A stretch of 64,000 nucleotides of DNA from Anaeramoeba ignava BMAN (lineage: Eukaryota > Protista > Anaeramoebae), in assembly GCA_028826165.1 (NCBI GenBank), contig JAPDFW010000082.1:186001-250000 (forward strand). Reading direction: 5' to 3'. The notes below the pieces were generated by a model. That model worked only from the letters and a program-made list of their open reading frames with translations, was not told where the DNA came from and ran no database searches. The position numbers were made by a program, and so were the translations under genes. Position 1 is the stretch's first letter. The number at the start of each line of letters is the position of its first letter. This document shows, one piece after another, positions 41,179 through 53,486 of the stretch.

Positions 41179-44100
41179 TTATTTCCTTTCAAATGTAACA
41201 GTAAAATCTTGACTTTTCTTGAATTTTATAGCATAATTATCAAATGAACGTTGTTTTGTAAGGTCATTTTGTAAAAAAACTAAACTCCATCTCAAAGCAG
41301 TTGTTTCATCATTTCCAAAATAATGTAAACATTTTAAAATTATTTTTGGAAGATAAACCTAATTTTAAATTTTAATTTAATATTTAATTCAAATCAATTC
41401 AATATTTAATATTCAATATTTAATTCAATATTAAATTTAATATTCAATTCAATATTTAATTCAATATTTAATATTTAATATTCAATTCAATATTCAATAT
41501 TCAATATTTAATTCAATTTTTAATATTCAATTTACTATTCAATTTACTATTCAATTCAATTCAATATTCAAATCAATATTCAATTCAATTCAATATTCAA
41601 TTCAATTTAATATTCAATTCAATATTCAAATCAAATCAAATCAAATCAAATCAAATCAATATTTAATTCAAATCAATTTAATATTTAATTCAATATTCAA
41701 TTCAAATCAAATCAATTCAAATCAAATCAAATCAAATCAATATTTAATTAAATATTCAATTAAATATTCAATTAAATATTTAATTCAATATTCAATATTC
41801 AATATTTAATTCAATATTCAATTCAATATTCAATATTCAATATTCAATTCAATATTAAATTTAATATTCAATTCAATTCAAATCAAATCAAATCAATTCA
41901 AATCAATTCAATTCAATATTCAATATTCAATTCAATTCAAATCAAATCAAATCAATTCAAATCAATTCAATTCAATATTTAATTCAATATTTAATTCAAT
42001 ATTTAATTCAATATTTAATTCAATATTTAATTCAATATTTAAAATTTAATATTCAATTTAATATTCAATTTTTAATTTAATTCAAAATAAATACTGTTTT
42101 GTGCTTTTCATCAATATAAATATTTTCTAAAAAAAATTGTCGTGTCGTTTCATTTAATTGCTCTTGAAAAAATTCAGGTTCATATGATTTTAATGAAGGA
42201 TTTTTTTGATTTAAAGTTAACAAAGAAAAAATTATCCTTTGACCTTGCTTCTCAACTACAGAAAGAGAATCATTTTGATTTGAATTTCTCCAAAATATTT
42301 TTCCAAAAGCTGTTTTTTTGTTTTTTGTATTTGACTCAAGTAATCCACTTTGAATATCTAATAAAGAAAACACATTTCCTGCAATATTGTATTTAGTTTC
42401 TGTATAAAATTTATGTTGTTCTGTTTTTGTTGTTGGCGTTCCATTCACAATAATTGAATGAAGAAATAATGTGTTATAAATATTAATAAAAAAAACAAGC
42501 ATATCTTGAGGCAATAATGAAACAAAGGAGATCTTTACAAATTATTTAAAAAATTCAATAAAAAATTTTGTTTTTTTGTTAAAAACACAAAATCGGATAT
42601 TTTTTTTTTTTTGGAAATTTTTCGTTTTGTTTATGAATACTTTTTGTAAAGCGTGAGTGGAAAGAACAAACCGACGAAAAGGAAGAGATTTCGATAAAAT
42701 ATCACAATTTATAGATTTTAACGTGACTGAATAATGGATTGAAATTAAATATATTAAATCTTTCATAATTTTCAGACTAAAATGAAGAGGATCTTGAAGA
42801 ACATCATTTGATTCAAAATCAAAATTTAAAATATTTGAAATTTTTTTGGGAGAAACTAACATTCCCTATTTTGTTTTTGTTTTAATATTAATTTTTTAAT
42901 ATTAATTTTTTAATAATTGAAAATCAAATCAATTCTTAAATTACAATTTTATAATTTGTTTGATCTGAAACGTGAGGTTTATCAGAATTAAGTTTTTCAA
43001 GAAGTTTTGTATATAAATGTGATTGTTTAAATGGTTCAAATGAGTTATAATTCATATGTGATTTAACAGCAATAATAGAGGTATCAAAAATAGATTTATT
43101 AATTTTTCCATCAAGAATTAAACGAGAAAGATCATCTCTTGTTTGTGAATCTACATTAATTTCAAACAAAGATCCAGGTTTAACAAATTTCTCATAAATT
43201 TCATTTGCTCTTTGGATTAGTTTCTAAATCGGAATAAAAATTAAAATGAGATTTTTTTGTTGAAATGGAATTTTTTTGTTGAAATGATTACTTCTTGTGA
43301 TTCAATTTGTTTAAAATCTACACAAGCAAGATAAAACAAAATATTTTCACTGTTATATTGTTCACAGAGAAATTCTTGAAAATAATCAATTGCAAGTGGA
43401 ACTTCAAATATTTCGTTTAATTTTTCAAATTTATATAATTTTTTTTCTGATTTTTCTTCAATTTCTTGGGTTTTTCTAAATTAAAATATAAAATATAAAA
43501 TATAAGAACAAATTTGAAAATGAATTTATAAATTATTTATAATGTACTTTGGAGTATTTTGAGTTGATTCCTGGTTAGGATTAAGTGTTAAATCTATGCT
43601 AGGAATATTTTGAGAAGTTTCGCTTGTATTTTCGCTCAAAAACTAGTAAACAATTTAGAAGAAATAAATTTTAATTTTATAAATCAATTTTAATTTTATA
43701 AATGAATTTTAATTTGAATTTTATAAATCAATTTTAATTTTAATTTTAATTTTAATTTTAATTTTAATTTTATAAATGAATTTTAATTTTATAAATTAAT
43801 TTTAATTTTATAAATCAATTTTATAAATCAATTTTAATTTTATAAATGAATTTTAATTTGAATTTTATAAATCAATTTTAATTTTAATTTTAATTTTAAT
43901 TTTAATTTTAATTTTAATTTTAATTTTTAATTTTAATTTTAATTTTAATTTTAATTTTAATTTTAATTTTATAAATGAATTTTAATTTTATAAATGAATT
44001 TTAATTTTATAAATTAATTTTAATTTTATAAATAAATTTTAATTTTATAAATAAATTTTAATTTTATAAATCAATTTTAATTTTATAAATGAATTTTAAT

Positions 44101-46204
44101 TTTGAATTTTATAAATCAATTTTAATTTTAATTTTAATTTTAATTTTTAATTTTAATTTTAATTTTATAAATCAATTTTAATTTTATAAATGAATTTTAA
44201 TTTTATAAATTAATTTTAATTTTATAAATCAATTTTATAAATCAATTTTAATTTTATAAATGAATTTTAATTTTAATTTTATAAATGAATTTTAATTTTA
44301 TAAATTAATTTGAATTTTAATTTTGATTTTAATTTTATAAATGAATTTTAATTTTAATTTTGATTTTAATTCTATAAATAAATTTTAATTTTATAAATGA
44401 ATTTTAATTTTATAAATGAATTTTAATTTTATAAATCAATTTTAATTTTATAAATGAATTTTAATTTTATAAATGAATTTTAATTTTATAAATTAATTTT
44501 AATTTTATAAATCAATTTTAATTTTAATTTTGATTTTAATTCTATAAATGGATTTGAATTTTATAAATGAATTTGAATTTTATAAATCAATTTTAATTTG
44601 AAAACTACTTGAAAATCTTCTCTAAGCTTCACTTGTTCTGGAATAGGACACTCAAAAAAATTACACAAAGAAGAGAAAACCGAAGCCAAGGAAAATTGAA
44701 TCTCACCATTTTGGAGCTTCAATGAATAATTCTCAAGTAGTTTTTGGTGAAGTTGCTGTTGAAGCATTTGCTGATGTTTTTCAAGAATAGCTTGAGATTG
44801 AGTTTCCATATTCAAAGTCTTGATATCAGAATCAACTTCTTTGATTTGGGAGTTAATTTCGACAAGATCTTCTTTTAGTTTCTTAACACTTTCCTCATTG
44901 TTTCTGTGTTTTTGGTCAACAATTGCTTTTTCTTGTTCGACTTGATCCTTGATTTTGTGATATTCCTCTTTGATGATCTCCAAATCTTCGATTTTGGATT
45001 GCAGCTTTGCGCGCAGTTGCTCAACCTTTGATTTACTTTCAAAAAACGCCTTTTGTTCTGAATGCATAAGTACTCGCTTGATTTTGAGTTTGTTCACTAT
45101 CTCGTGTTGCTTGTCAAGCTCCTTCTGGTGGAAGTCTTTCTCCTGCTGCGCTGCTATTTTTTTCTGCGCAATACTCTCGTGATTCCGCTTCTCTTGGGTC
45201 TTGAGTACTAGCGCGCTTTCTTCCTTTTTGTGTTTTTCAACTTGATTTTCCAAGTGATTTTTTAAATGCTCAATTTGTCGCTTAAGCGCTTCTTTTTCAG
45301 AATCAATTTTCGTCAGCTGCGACTTGATTGTTTTCGACTCCTGCATCTTGTCTTTGAGTCTCATAAATGATGATTCAAATTGAGCCGTATTGGATCTTGA
45401 TTTAGATAGAGCAAGTGTGTATAAGTACTTTAATTTTTCAAGTTTTTTCATCGCAAGATCCCTGCTTTCCAGCTTTCTTGGAGACTCAGGAAGCGGGTTT
45501 GTATACGACCGCTTGGTTTTCGTCGGAGACGTTACCTTTTCTACTCTGTTTAATTTCTTGTTCTCAATTCCTGTATATTTTGGGCTCGAGTGAAATGACT
45601 CGTTTGCATCGGTTTTCGAATCCAAATCTTCAACCAAATCAAATTCATCAAGATCAAGCGGTTCGAATTCGCCAATTGTTTGCTGCGCATTCTCTGATAT
45701 TGTTTTCGAGATCCGAAGCGATGATTTCTGGCTTTGTTTACATTCGGAAATTGATTTGTTCGGTGTCATTTTTCTTTTTTCCGTTATTTTTTGCTCGAAA
45801 TTTGGGTTTTCTTCAACAGAAAATCCCACTTTGATATACATATATCCCTCAATATCAACCCGAGAAATATTGCACCGTGCCCAAAAAGGCGCTCCTGTTA
45901 AGCTCAACATCCGCAAAATGATCGGCGTTAAGTTTTCTTTTTTTTCTGATAAATCTTTGTGAATTTCGGTTAATTTTTCTGTTGTTTCTTGATTCAAATG
46001 AGGCTGTATTTTTGGCATAAATTTCTTCACATTCTCTTCAAGAATCTGTTTTGGTGTCTTTGCTTTAAATAAAACCAACGCTTTTTTGCTAATTGAACAA
46101 AAAAACCCTTTTTCATCAAATATACAAACTGGAATATTTTCTTTTAATTTTCTTTTTGGTTTTTGTTTTGATTTTAAAGAACGTGATATTTCAACATTTC
46201 CCAT
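41179..46204 (-). CDS. PAS-like / coiled-coil / RGS / DUF547 multidomain protein, multi-exon
   Basis: Exon 1 (46204-44609) splices in frame to 43642. RGS motifs FQEFLCEQYNSENILFYLAC and EIYEKFVKPGSLFEINVD; DUF547 motif FFINIYNTLFLHS...YNIAGNVFSLLDIQ; N-terminal PVCIFDEKG...FMPKIQP...GAPFWA PAS-like pattern. Confidence 0.75.
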
Positions 46205-46297
46205 TTGGAATGGCTTTTTTTTTTAAAAAAAAAAATAAATGAAAAAAATGAAAAAAATGAAAAAATTTAAAAAGAATTTTTTATTTAAAATTTCTTT

Positions 46298-47365
46298 CTA
46301 CTTAATCAATAATCTTGGAATTTTTCGAATGAAATTTTCAATATCATTATCCAATGAATCAAATTCGTGCATTAATCTTGTAAGTCCATTTAAATCAGAA
46401 ACGTTTTGTATATCGGGAAGCTTCTCAAACAATATCCGAAATGCCCAATCAGTAATATCTTCCAAAATACGTTTGCGCATATAAAAATCAATTAATAAAG
46501 GATCAAAACCAATGAAATCGGGACAAATATCCTGATAACTTTTTAAGAAGTCCATGAAATTATGCTGATCAATAAAAAACCAGAGGTCCTGTTCGCGAGG
46601 AGCTAGAGTCGGTGCATCCCAATCTATAATAACAAGATCTCCTTCTTTTGACCGAGATATAATATTGCTTCCAACAGGATCTTGATGACAAAATACAAAA
46701 GAACTTGCTTCCTTATATTTTGCTTGCAAATTCGCTCCTGTTTCTTTTGCTTTTTTGAGTTGTTCCATGATCATTTTTTTCGATGGAAAAATAATTTCTT
46801 TCACTTTTTTCTGGAATTCATTTGATCCAATTTTTTCCATTTGATCCAAGTATCCAAAACAACGAACAAGATCTCCTTCAAAATGAAGATCAAATTTCTC
46901 TATTGGAGCACCATTCAGATCCAAATTAGGTGTTGATTTATGAATGCTTGCAATTATTCTCCCTAATTCTTGGATTTGATCATTTGAATATTTATTTTGA
47001 TCCAATGATTCTCCTTCTTCATAATTAAATATCACAATTCTGTAATCTTTCGAAAATGTTTCCAATTCTGATTTTTGATTCATAACAGTTCTCGAAATGT
47101 TCTTGATTGAAAAATCATTTCTTAGTATTTCAAGGTTTTTTAAACTGAATGTTAAATTTTTGGAACTGATTTTGCAAAGTCTTGTTTGATCAAAAACTTT
47201 CACAAAGAATTTCTTTTTTTCTTCTTTTAATGTTATTCCAATGACTTTATAACAATATCCCACTTCACCAAAAGGAAGAAATTCAAACTCTAAAATTTTT
47301 ATTTTATATTCTTCTTCAATAATTTGTTTGATTTGATTTTTATCAAGATGTTGATCTGTTTTCAT
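46298..47365 (-). CDS. Aminoglycoside phosphotransferase family kinase (APH(9)/spectinomycin-kinase-like), intronless
   Basis: Brenner-type motif VFCHQDPVGSNII and IIDWDAPTLAPREQDLWF; N-lobe FLPFGE..Y...FFVK. Confidence 0.85.
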   Translation of the reverse strand: MKTDQHLDKNQIKQIIEEEYKIKILEFEFLPFGEVGYCYKVIGITLKEEKKKFFVKVFDQTRLCKISSKNLTFSLKNLEILRNDFSIKNISRTVMNQKSELETFSKDYRIVIFNYEEGESLDQNKYSNDQIQELGRIIASIHKSTPNLDLNGAPIEKFDLHFEGDLVRCFGYLDQMEKIGSNEFQKKVKEIIFPSKKMIMEQLKKAKETGANLQAKYKEASSFVFCHQDPVGSNIISRSKEGDLVIIDWDAPTLAPREQDLWFFIDQHNFMDFLKSYQDICPDFIGFDPLLIDFYMRKRILEDITDWAFRILFEKLPDIQNVSDLNGLTRLMHEFDSLDNDIENFIRKIPRLLIK

Positions 47366-47595
47366 ATTTTTAAAACAAAAGAAAAGAAAATGAAAAATGA
47401 AAAAAAAAATTGTTTGATTTTCTCATTTTAAAATCTTTTATGTTCTTTAATTATACTTTACAAACTCCAAAAAAAAAATAACTTAAATGAAAAAATAAAT
47501 GAAAAAAAAAAAAGTGGAACAAAACAAAATTTTGTTTTAAAGATCATTTCTAAATTATTGTTATTGCATATAAACCCAAGTTATTTAAAGAAATC

Positions 47596-50500
47596 TTATT
47601 TAAACCTTCCTTTTTTATTTGAAGTAAATGGGATTCGAAAAGGAAGCTTTCTTGTAATTGATTCAATCGGTTGAGGAAGTTCTTCATCTCTTCCTTCAAA
47701 AAAATGGTCTGAAGTAAGAAAATTATTCATTTCCTGCTCAAAAAAATCAAATGAAATTGAAGGTTTTGGAATAAGCCACTTGACAAAACATTGATTTAGT
47801 GAGATATGGTTATTTGATCCAAAACTCTTGATTGAAGCAAAAATCTCAATTCCACCCTCCATTCTCATTCCTACACAATCACCTATTCTTAAAATCATGT
47901 CTTGAATATTTTTATCTGAGCCTTTCTTTGCATTTTCCATTGTATCCTCTCTTTTTTTTTGTTCAAAGAAAAAATCAACATTTTCCGATGATTTTGATTT
48001 GGCAAAATATTTTTTTGGTGTTTTTCCATCTTGATTTGAATTTTGATTTATATTTGAATTTATATTTGAATTTATATTTGAATTTATATTTGAATTTTGA
48101 TTTGAATTTGAATTTTGATTTGAATTTGAATTTGAATTTGAATTTATATTTGAATTTTGATTTGTATTTGTATTTGAATTTTGATTTGAATTTGTATTTG
48201 AATTTGTATTTGTATTTGAATTTTGATTTGAATTTGAATTTATATTTGAATTTGTATTTGTATTTGAATTTGAATTTATATTTGAATTTGAATTTATATT
48301 TATATTTGAATTTATATTTGAATTTATATTTGAATTTATATTTGAATTTGAATTTGAATTTGATTGATTTTTCTGACTTTTTGGATTTTGAGTTTTTGCT
48401 TTCTTGTTTTTTTGGGATCTACTCTTTTTATTTTTACTTCGGGCTTTTTTAACATGATTTTGTTGTGTTTCTTTTTTTGTTTTGTTTCTTCTATTCCTGC
48501 GATTATTATTTTTTTGTAAATTATTCCTTGAATTTTTGTGATGATTGTTTCCTATATTCTTATTTTCTTTTTTTAAATATGAAATTTTTTCAGAATGGAC
48601 TTGATTATGATCATTAATGTTTTGTGGGGAAGTGTCATTAATTTCTTGGGTATTCACGCTCAATATGATTTGATTTTGTGCTTTGTCTAAAGACAAATCA
48701 ATTTGATTTTTTTCTGTTGTTTTTAATTTAGTTAAATATTGAGGAATTGAGCTTTTTTGATTTTTTTCATTTTTTACTGAGGATTCCTCTTTTAATTGGT
48801 TAAATGTATCTTTTTTAGATTTATCAATAGTTGGGTTTGTTAGGGAAATTGATTTTGGGATATTTTTTTCATTTTCATTTTCATTTTGATTTTGATTTTG
48901 ATTTTGATTTTGATTTTGATTTTGATTTTGATTTTCAATTTGATTTTGATTTTGATTTTGATTTTGATTTTTATTATTTTGATTTTGATTTTCATTTAAA
49001 TTTGAATTTATATTTGAATTTGAATTTATATTTGAATTTGAATTTATATTTGAATTTATATTTGAATTTGAATTTGAATTTACATTTTCATTTTGATTTT
49101 GATTTTGATTTAAATTTTCATTTTGATTTTGATTTTCATTTTCATTTTCAATTTCATTTTTATTCTGGTTTTGATTTTGATTTTCATTTTCATTTTGATT
49201 TTCATTCTGATTTTGATTTTGATTTTCATTCTGATTCTCATTTTGATTTTGATTTCCATTTTCATTTAAATTTTCATTTTCATTTTCATTTTCAATTTCA
49301 TTTTCATTTTCAATTTGATTTTCATTTTGATTTTCATTTTGATTTTGATTTTGATTTTCATTTTCATTCTGATTTTGATTTTGATTTTCATTCTGATTCT
49401 CATTTTGATTTTGATTTTCATTTTCATTCTGATTCTCATTTTGATTTTGATTTCCATTTTCATTTAAATTTTCATTTTCATTTTCATTTTCAATTTCATT
49501 TTGATTTTCAATTTGATTTTCATTTTGATTTTCATTTTCATTTTGATTTTGATTTTCATTTTGATTTTCATTCTGATTTTGATTTTGATTTTTATTTTGA
49601 TTTTGATTTTGATTTTTATTCTCATTTCCATTTAAATTTTCATTTTCATTTTCATTTTCATTTTCATTTTCATTTTGATTTTGATTTTCATTTTGATTTT
49701 CAATTTGATTTTGATTTTCATTTTCATTTTCATTTTCATTTTGATTTTCATTTTCATTTAAATTTTCATTTTCATTTTCATTTTGATTTTGATTTTGATT
49801 TTGATTTTGATTTTGATTTTGATTTTGATTTTGATTTTGATTTTGATTTTGATTTTGATTTTGATTTTGATTTTGATTTTGATTTTCATTCTCATTTCCA
49901 TTTAAATTTTCATTTTCATTTCCATTTAAATTTTCATTTTCATTTTCATTTTCATTTTCATTTTGATTTTGATTTTGATTTTCATTTTCAATTTGATTTT
50001 GATTTTGATTTTGATTTTGATTTTGATTTTGATTTTGATTTTGATTTTGATTTTCATTTTCATTTTTATTCTCATTTTCATTCTCATTTCCTTTTTGATT
50101 TTGATTTTCAATTTGATTTTCATTTTCATTCTCATTTTCATTTAAATTTTGATTTTCATTTTCATTTAAATTTTCATTTTCATTTTCATTTTGATTTTGA
50201 TTTTCATTTTCATTCTCATTTTGATTTTGATTTTCATTTTGATTTTGATTTTGATTTTGATTTTCATTCTCATTTTCATTTTGATTTTCATTTAAATTTT
50301 GATTTTGATTTTGATTTTGATTTTGATTTTGATTTTGATTTTGATTTTGATTTTGATTTTGATTTTGATTTTGATTTTGATTTTGATTTTGATTTTGATT
50401 TTGATTTTGATTTTGATTTTGATTTTCATTCTCATTTCCATTTAAATTTTCATTTTCATTTTCATTTAAATTTAAATTTTCATTTTCATTTTCATTTTGA

Positions 50501-51546
50501 TTTTGATTTTGATTTTGATTTTGATTTTCAATTTGATTTTGATTTTGATTTTGATTTTGATTTTGATTTTGATTTTGATTTTGATTTTGATTTTGATTTT
50601 CATTTTTTTCATTTTGATTTTGATTTTCAATTTCATTTTGATTTTGATTTTCAATTTGATTTTGATTTTCATTCTTATTTAAATTTTCATTTTCATTTAA
50701 ATTTTCATTTTCATTTAAATTTTCATTTTCATTTTCATTTTCATTTTCATTTTGATTTTGATTTTGATTTTGATTTTGATTTTGATTTTCATTTAAATTT
50801 TCATTCTCATTTCCATTTAAATCATCTTTATTATGCTCCATTGTTTGAGTAAATGAATTAATAAGAGAAAGAAGTTGTGCATATTTTTTATTTTGAGAAG
50901 AATCTGTTTGAATAACTCTAAGATTGAAATCAGATTTCGCCTTCTGGTTTATTAAATTAAAACGAACTGTTGCTTCTGAATTATTCAAAGTTTCAATTTT
51001 CTCTTCAATTTCTTTTTGGATTTCAATTTGAGAAATATTTGGTGTGTCTAATAGTAATGAAGGTAATGAAAATGGTAATAAATGTGATGATTGAGAAATT
51101 TGCGGATTTTTGAATTCTTGAAAAATATGATGATTTTTTTCAATATCATTTTCTGTTTTTAATTGATCAATTTCATCAAATATTTCAGAACCGTTTTTCG
51201 TTTTTGTTTTCTTTTTCTTTTTTTGTTTTTGGTTTTCTTTTCTTTTTTTTTTTTCGTTTTGTTTCGCTTTTGATTTTTTTTCTCTTGTTTTTCCTTTTCG
51301 TTTTTTTCGAGTTTTTTTTTTTTTGTTTTTTTTCTTTTTATTTCCGTTTTCTTTTTCCTTTTCTTTATCTTTATCTTTTTCTTTATCTGTTGCCAATCTC
51401 CATCCAACTTGTCGATCTTTTCCATGTCTTTTACGATAAACAGCGCAAGCATTACAAAAATATTCATCTCCAATTTTCCTCCAAAGCGGTGTTTTAGTTA
51501 CTCCACAAAAGGGGTTGGAACATTTGATTACTACAGGCTCATTCAT
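47596..51546 (-). CDS. GATAD1: GATA zinc-finger protein, GATAD1-like, with very long N/Q/E dipeptide tracts
   Basis: N-terminal CSNPFCGVTKTPLWRK...CNACAVY finger. C-terminal RIGDCV...IFASIKSF...KWLIPK...FEGRDEELP resembles the GATAD1 C-terminal module. The 1316-aa ORF is uninterrupted. Confidence 0.65.
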   Translation of the reverse strand: MNEPVVIKCSNPFCGVTKTPLWRKIGDEYFCNACAVYRKRHGKDRQVGWRLATDKEKDKDKEKEKENGNKKKKNKKKKTRKKRKGKTREKKSKAKQNEKKKRKENQKQKKKKKTKTKNGSEIFDEIDQLKTENDIEKNHHIFQEFKNPQISQSSHLLPFSLPSLLLDTPNISQIEIQKEIEEKIETLNNSEATVRFNLINQKAKSDFNLRVIQTDSSQNKKYAQLLSLINSFTQTMEHNKDDLNGNENENLNENQNQNQNQNQNQNENENENENENLNENENLNENENLNKNENQNQIENQNQNEIENQNQNEKNENQNQNQNQNQNQNQNQNQNQNQIENQNQNQNQNQNENENENLNLNENENENLNGNENENQNQNQNQNQNQNQNQNQNQNQNQNQNQNQNQNQNQNQNQNQNLNENQNENENENQNQNQNQNENQNQNENENENQNQNENENENLNENENQNLNENENENENQIENQNQKGNENENENKNENENQNQNQNQNQNQNQNQNQNQIENENQNQNQNENENENENENLNGNENENLNGNENENQNQNQNQNQNQNQNQNQNQNQNQNQNQNQNQNQNENENENLNENENQNENENENENQNQIENQNENQNQNENENENENENENLNGNENKNQNQNQNKNQNQNQNENQNENQNQNENENQNENQIENQNEIENENENENLNENGNQNQNENQNENENQNQNENQNENQNQNQNENENQNQNQNENQNENQIENENEIENENENENLNENGNQNQNENQNENQNQNQNENQNENENQNQNQNKNEIENENENQNQNENLNQNQNQNENVNSNSNSNINSNINSNSNINSNSNINSNLNENQNQNNKNQNQNQNQNQIENQNQNQNQNQNQNQNQNENENEKNIPKSISLTNPTIDKSKKDTFNQLKEESSVKNEKNQKSSIPQYLTKLKTTEKNQIDLSLDKAQNQIILSVNTQEINDTSPQNINDHNQVHSEKISYLKKENKNIGNNHHKNSRNNLQKNNNRRNRRNKTKKETQQNHVKKARSKNKKSRSQKNKKAKTQNPKSQKNQSNSNSNSNINSNINSNINSNININSNSNINSNSNTNTNSNINSNSNQNSNTNTNSNTNSNQNSNTNTNQNSNINSNSNSNSNQNSNSNQNSNINSNINSNINSNINQNSNQDGKTPKKYFAKSKSSENVDFFFEQKKREDTMENAKKGSDKNIQDMILRIGDCVGMRMEGGIEIFASIKSFGSNNHISLNQCFVKWLIPKPSISFDFFEQEMNNFLTSDHFFEGRDEELPQPIESITRKLPFRIPFTSNKKGRFK

Positions 51547-51706
51547 TTAGATTTAAAAAGCTGATTTGGACAAATTTTTTTTTTATTACAAACTAATTTT
51601 AAAAAAGAAAAAAGAAAAAAAATGGAAAAAAAAATGTTTATAAAAACCATTTCTTTTATTAAATTTATTCTTTTATTTAATTTCCTTCAAATCTTTTTTT
51701 AATTTT

Positions 51707-53405
51707 ATTTTATTAAATAATAAGTAATTAATTTATATTTATATTTATTATTTTAAACAGATTTTATATTATTTTATTAATAATTATTATTTAATTTTTA
51801 AATAAAAAAATTAATAAAATATTTTAATTAAATTATTTCTAAATTTAAATATACTTTATTAAATAATAAGTAATTAATTTATATTTATAATTAATATTTT
51901 AAATAGATTTTATATTGTTTTATTAATAATTATTATTTAATTTTTAATTAAAAATTAATAAAATATTTTAATTAAATTATTTCTTAATTTAAATATATTT
52001 TAATAAATAATAAGTAATTAATTTATATTTATAATTAATATTTTAAACAAATTTTTATATTATTTTTATTAATAATTATTATTAAAAATTTAAATTAAAA
52101 ACTAATAAAATATTTTAATTAAATTATTTCTAAATTTAAATATATTTTATTAAATATTAAGTAATTAATTTATATTTATAATTAATATTTTAAATAGATT
52201 TTATATTATTTTTTATTAATAATTATTATTTAATTTTTAAATAAAAATTAATAAAATATTTTAATTAAATTATTTCTTAATTTAAATATATTTTATTAAA
52301 TATTAAGTAATTAATTTATATTTATATTTAATATTTTAAACAAATTTTATATTGTTTTATTAATAATTGTTATTTAATTTTTAAATAAAAATTAATAAAA
52401 TATTTTAATTAAATTATTTCTAAATTTAAATATATTTTAATAATAAATAATAAGTAATTAATTTATATTTATATTTAATATTTTAAATAGATTTTATATT
52501 ATTTTATTAATAATTATTATTTAATTTTTAAATAAAAATTAATAAAATATTTTAATTAAATTATTTCTAAATTTAAATTTATTTTATTAAATAATAAGTA
52601 ATTAATTTATATTTATATTTAATATTTTAAATAGATTTTATATTATTTTATTAATAATTATTATTTAATTTTTTAAATAAAAATTAATAAAATATTTTAA
52701 TTAAATTATTTCTAAATTTAAATATATTTTATTAAATAATAAGTAATTAATTTATATTTATATTTAATATTTTAAACAGATTTTATATTATTTTATTAAT
52801 AATTGTTATTTAATTTTAAATTAAAAACTAATAAAATATTTTAATTAAATTATTTCTTAATTTAAATATATTTTTATTAAATAATAAGTAATTAATTTAT
52901 ATTTATAATTAATATTTTAAATAGATTTTATATTATTTTATTATTAATAATTATTATTTAATTTTTAAATAAAAATTAATAAAATATTTTAATTAAATTA
53001 TTTCTAAATTTAAATATATTTTAATAAATAATAAGTAATTAATTTATATTTATAATTAATATTTTAAATAGATTTTATATTGTTTTACTAATAATTATTA
53101 TTTAATTTTTAAATTAAAAATTAATAAAATATTTTAATTAAATTATTTCTTAATTTAAATATATTTTATTAAATAATAAGTAATTAATTTATATTTATAA
53201 TTAATATTTTAAATAGATTTTATATTATTTTATTAATAATTGTTATTTAATTTTTAAATAAAAAAATTAATAAAATATTTTAATTAAATTATTTCTTAAT
53301 TTAAATATATTTTATTAAATAATAAGTAATTAATTTATATTTATAATTATTATTTTAAATAGATTTTATATTGTTTTATTAATAATTGTTATTTAATTTT
53401 TAAAA
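51707..53405. repeat. Intergenic tandem satellite, about 12 copies of a 144-147-bp, almost pure A+T unit
   Basis: Anchor AAGTAATTAATT at 51722, 51868, 52012, 52159, 52305, 52452, 52596, 52741, 52886, 53033, 53178 and 53324. Confidence 0.95.
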
Positions 53406-53486
53406 AACAAAAAAATCTTTTCTTTTTGATTTATTGATTTATTGATTAAAAAATTTTAAAAAGGAAATTATTTTATTCAATTATTT

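Noticed and set aside
48831-50852. 673-aa FDFHF ORF on the + strand
   Set aside because: Antisense shadow of the NQ/NE repeat of the GATAD1-like gene.
51707-53405. CRISPR-like array or organellar DNA insertion
   Set aside because: Whole units repeat with no unique spacers, there are no cas genes, and no organellar gene remnants are visible.
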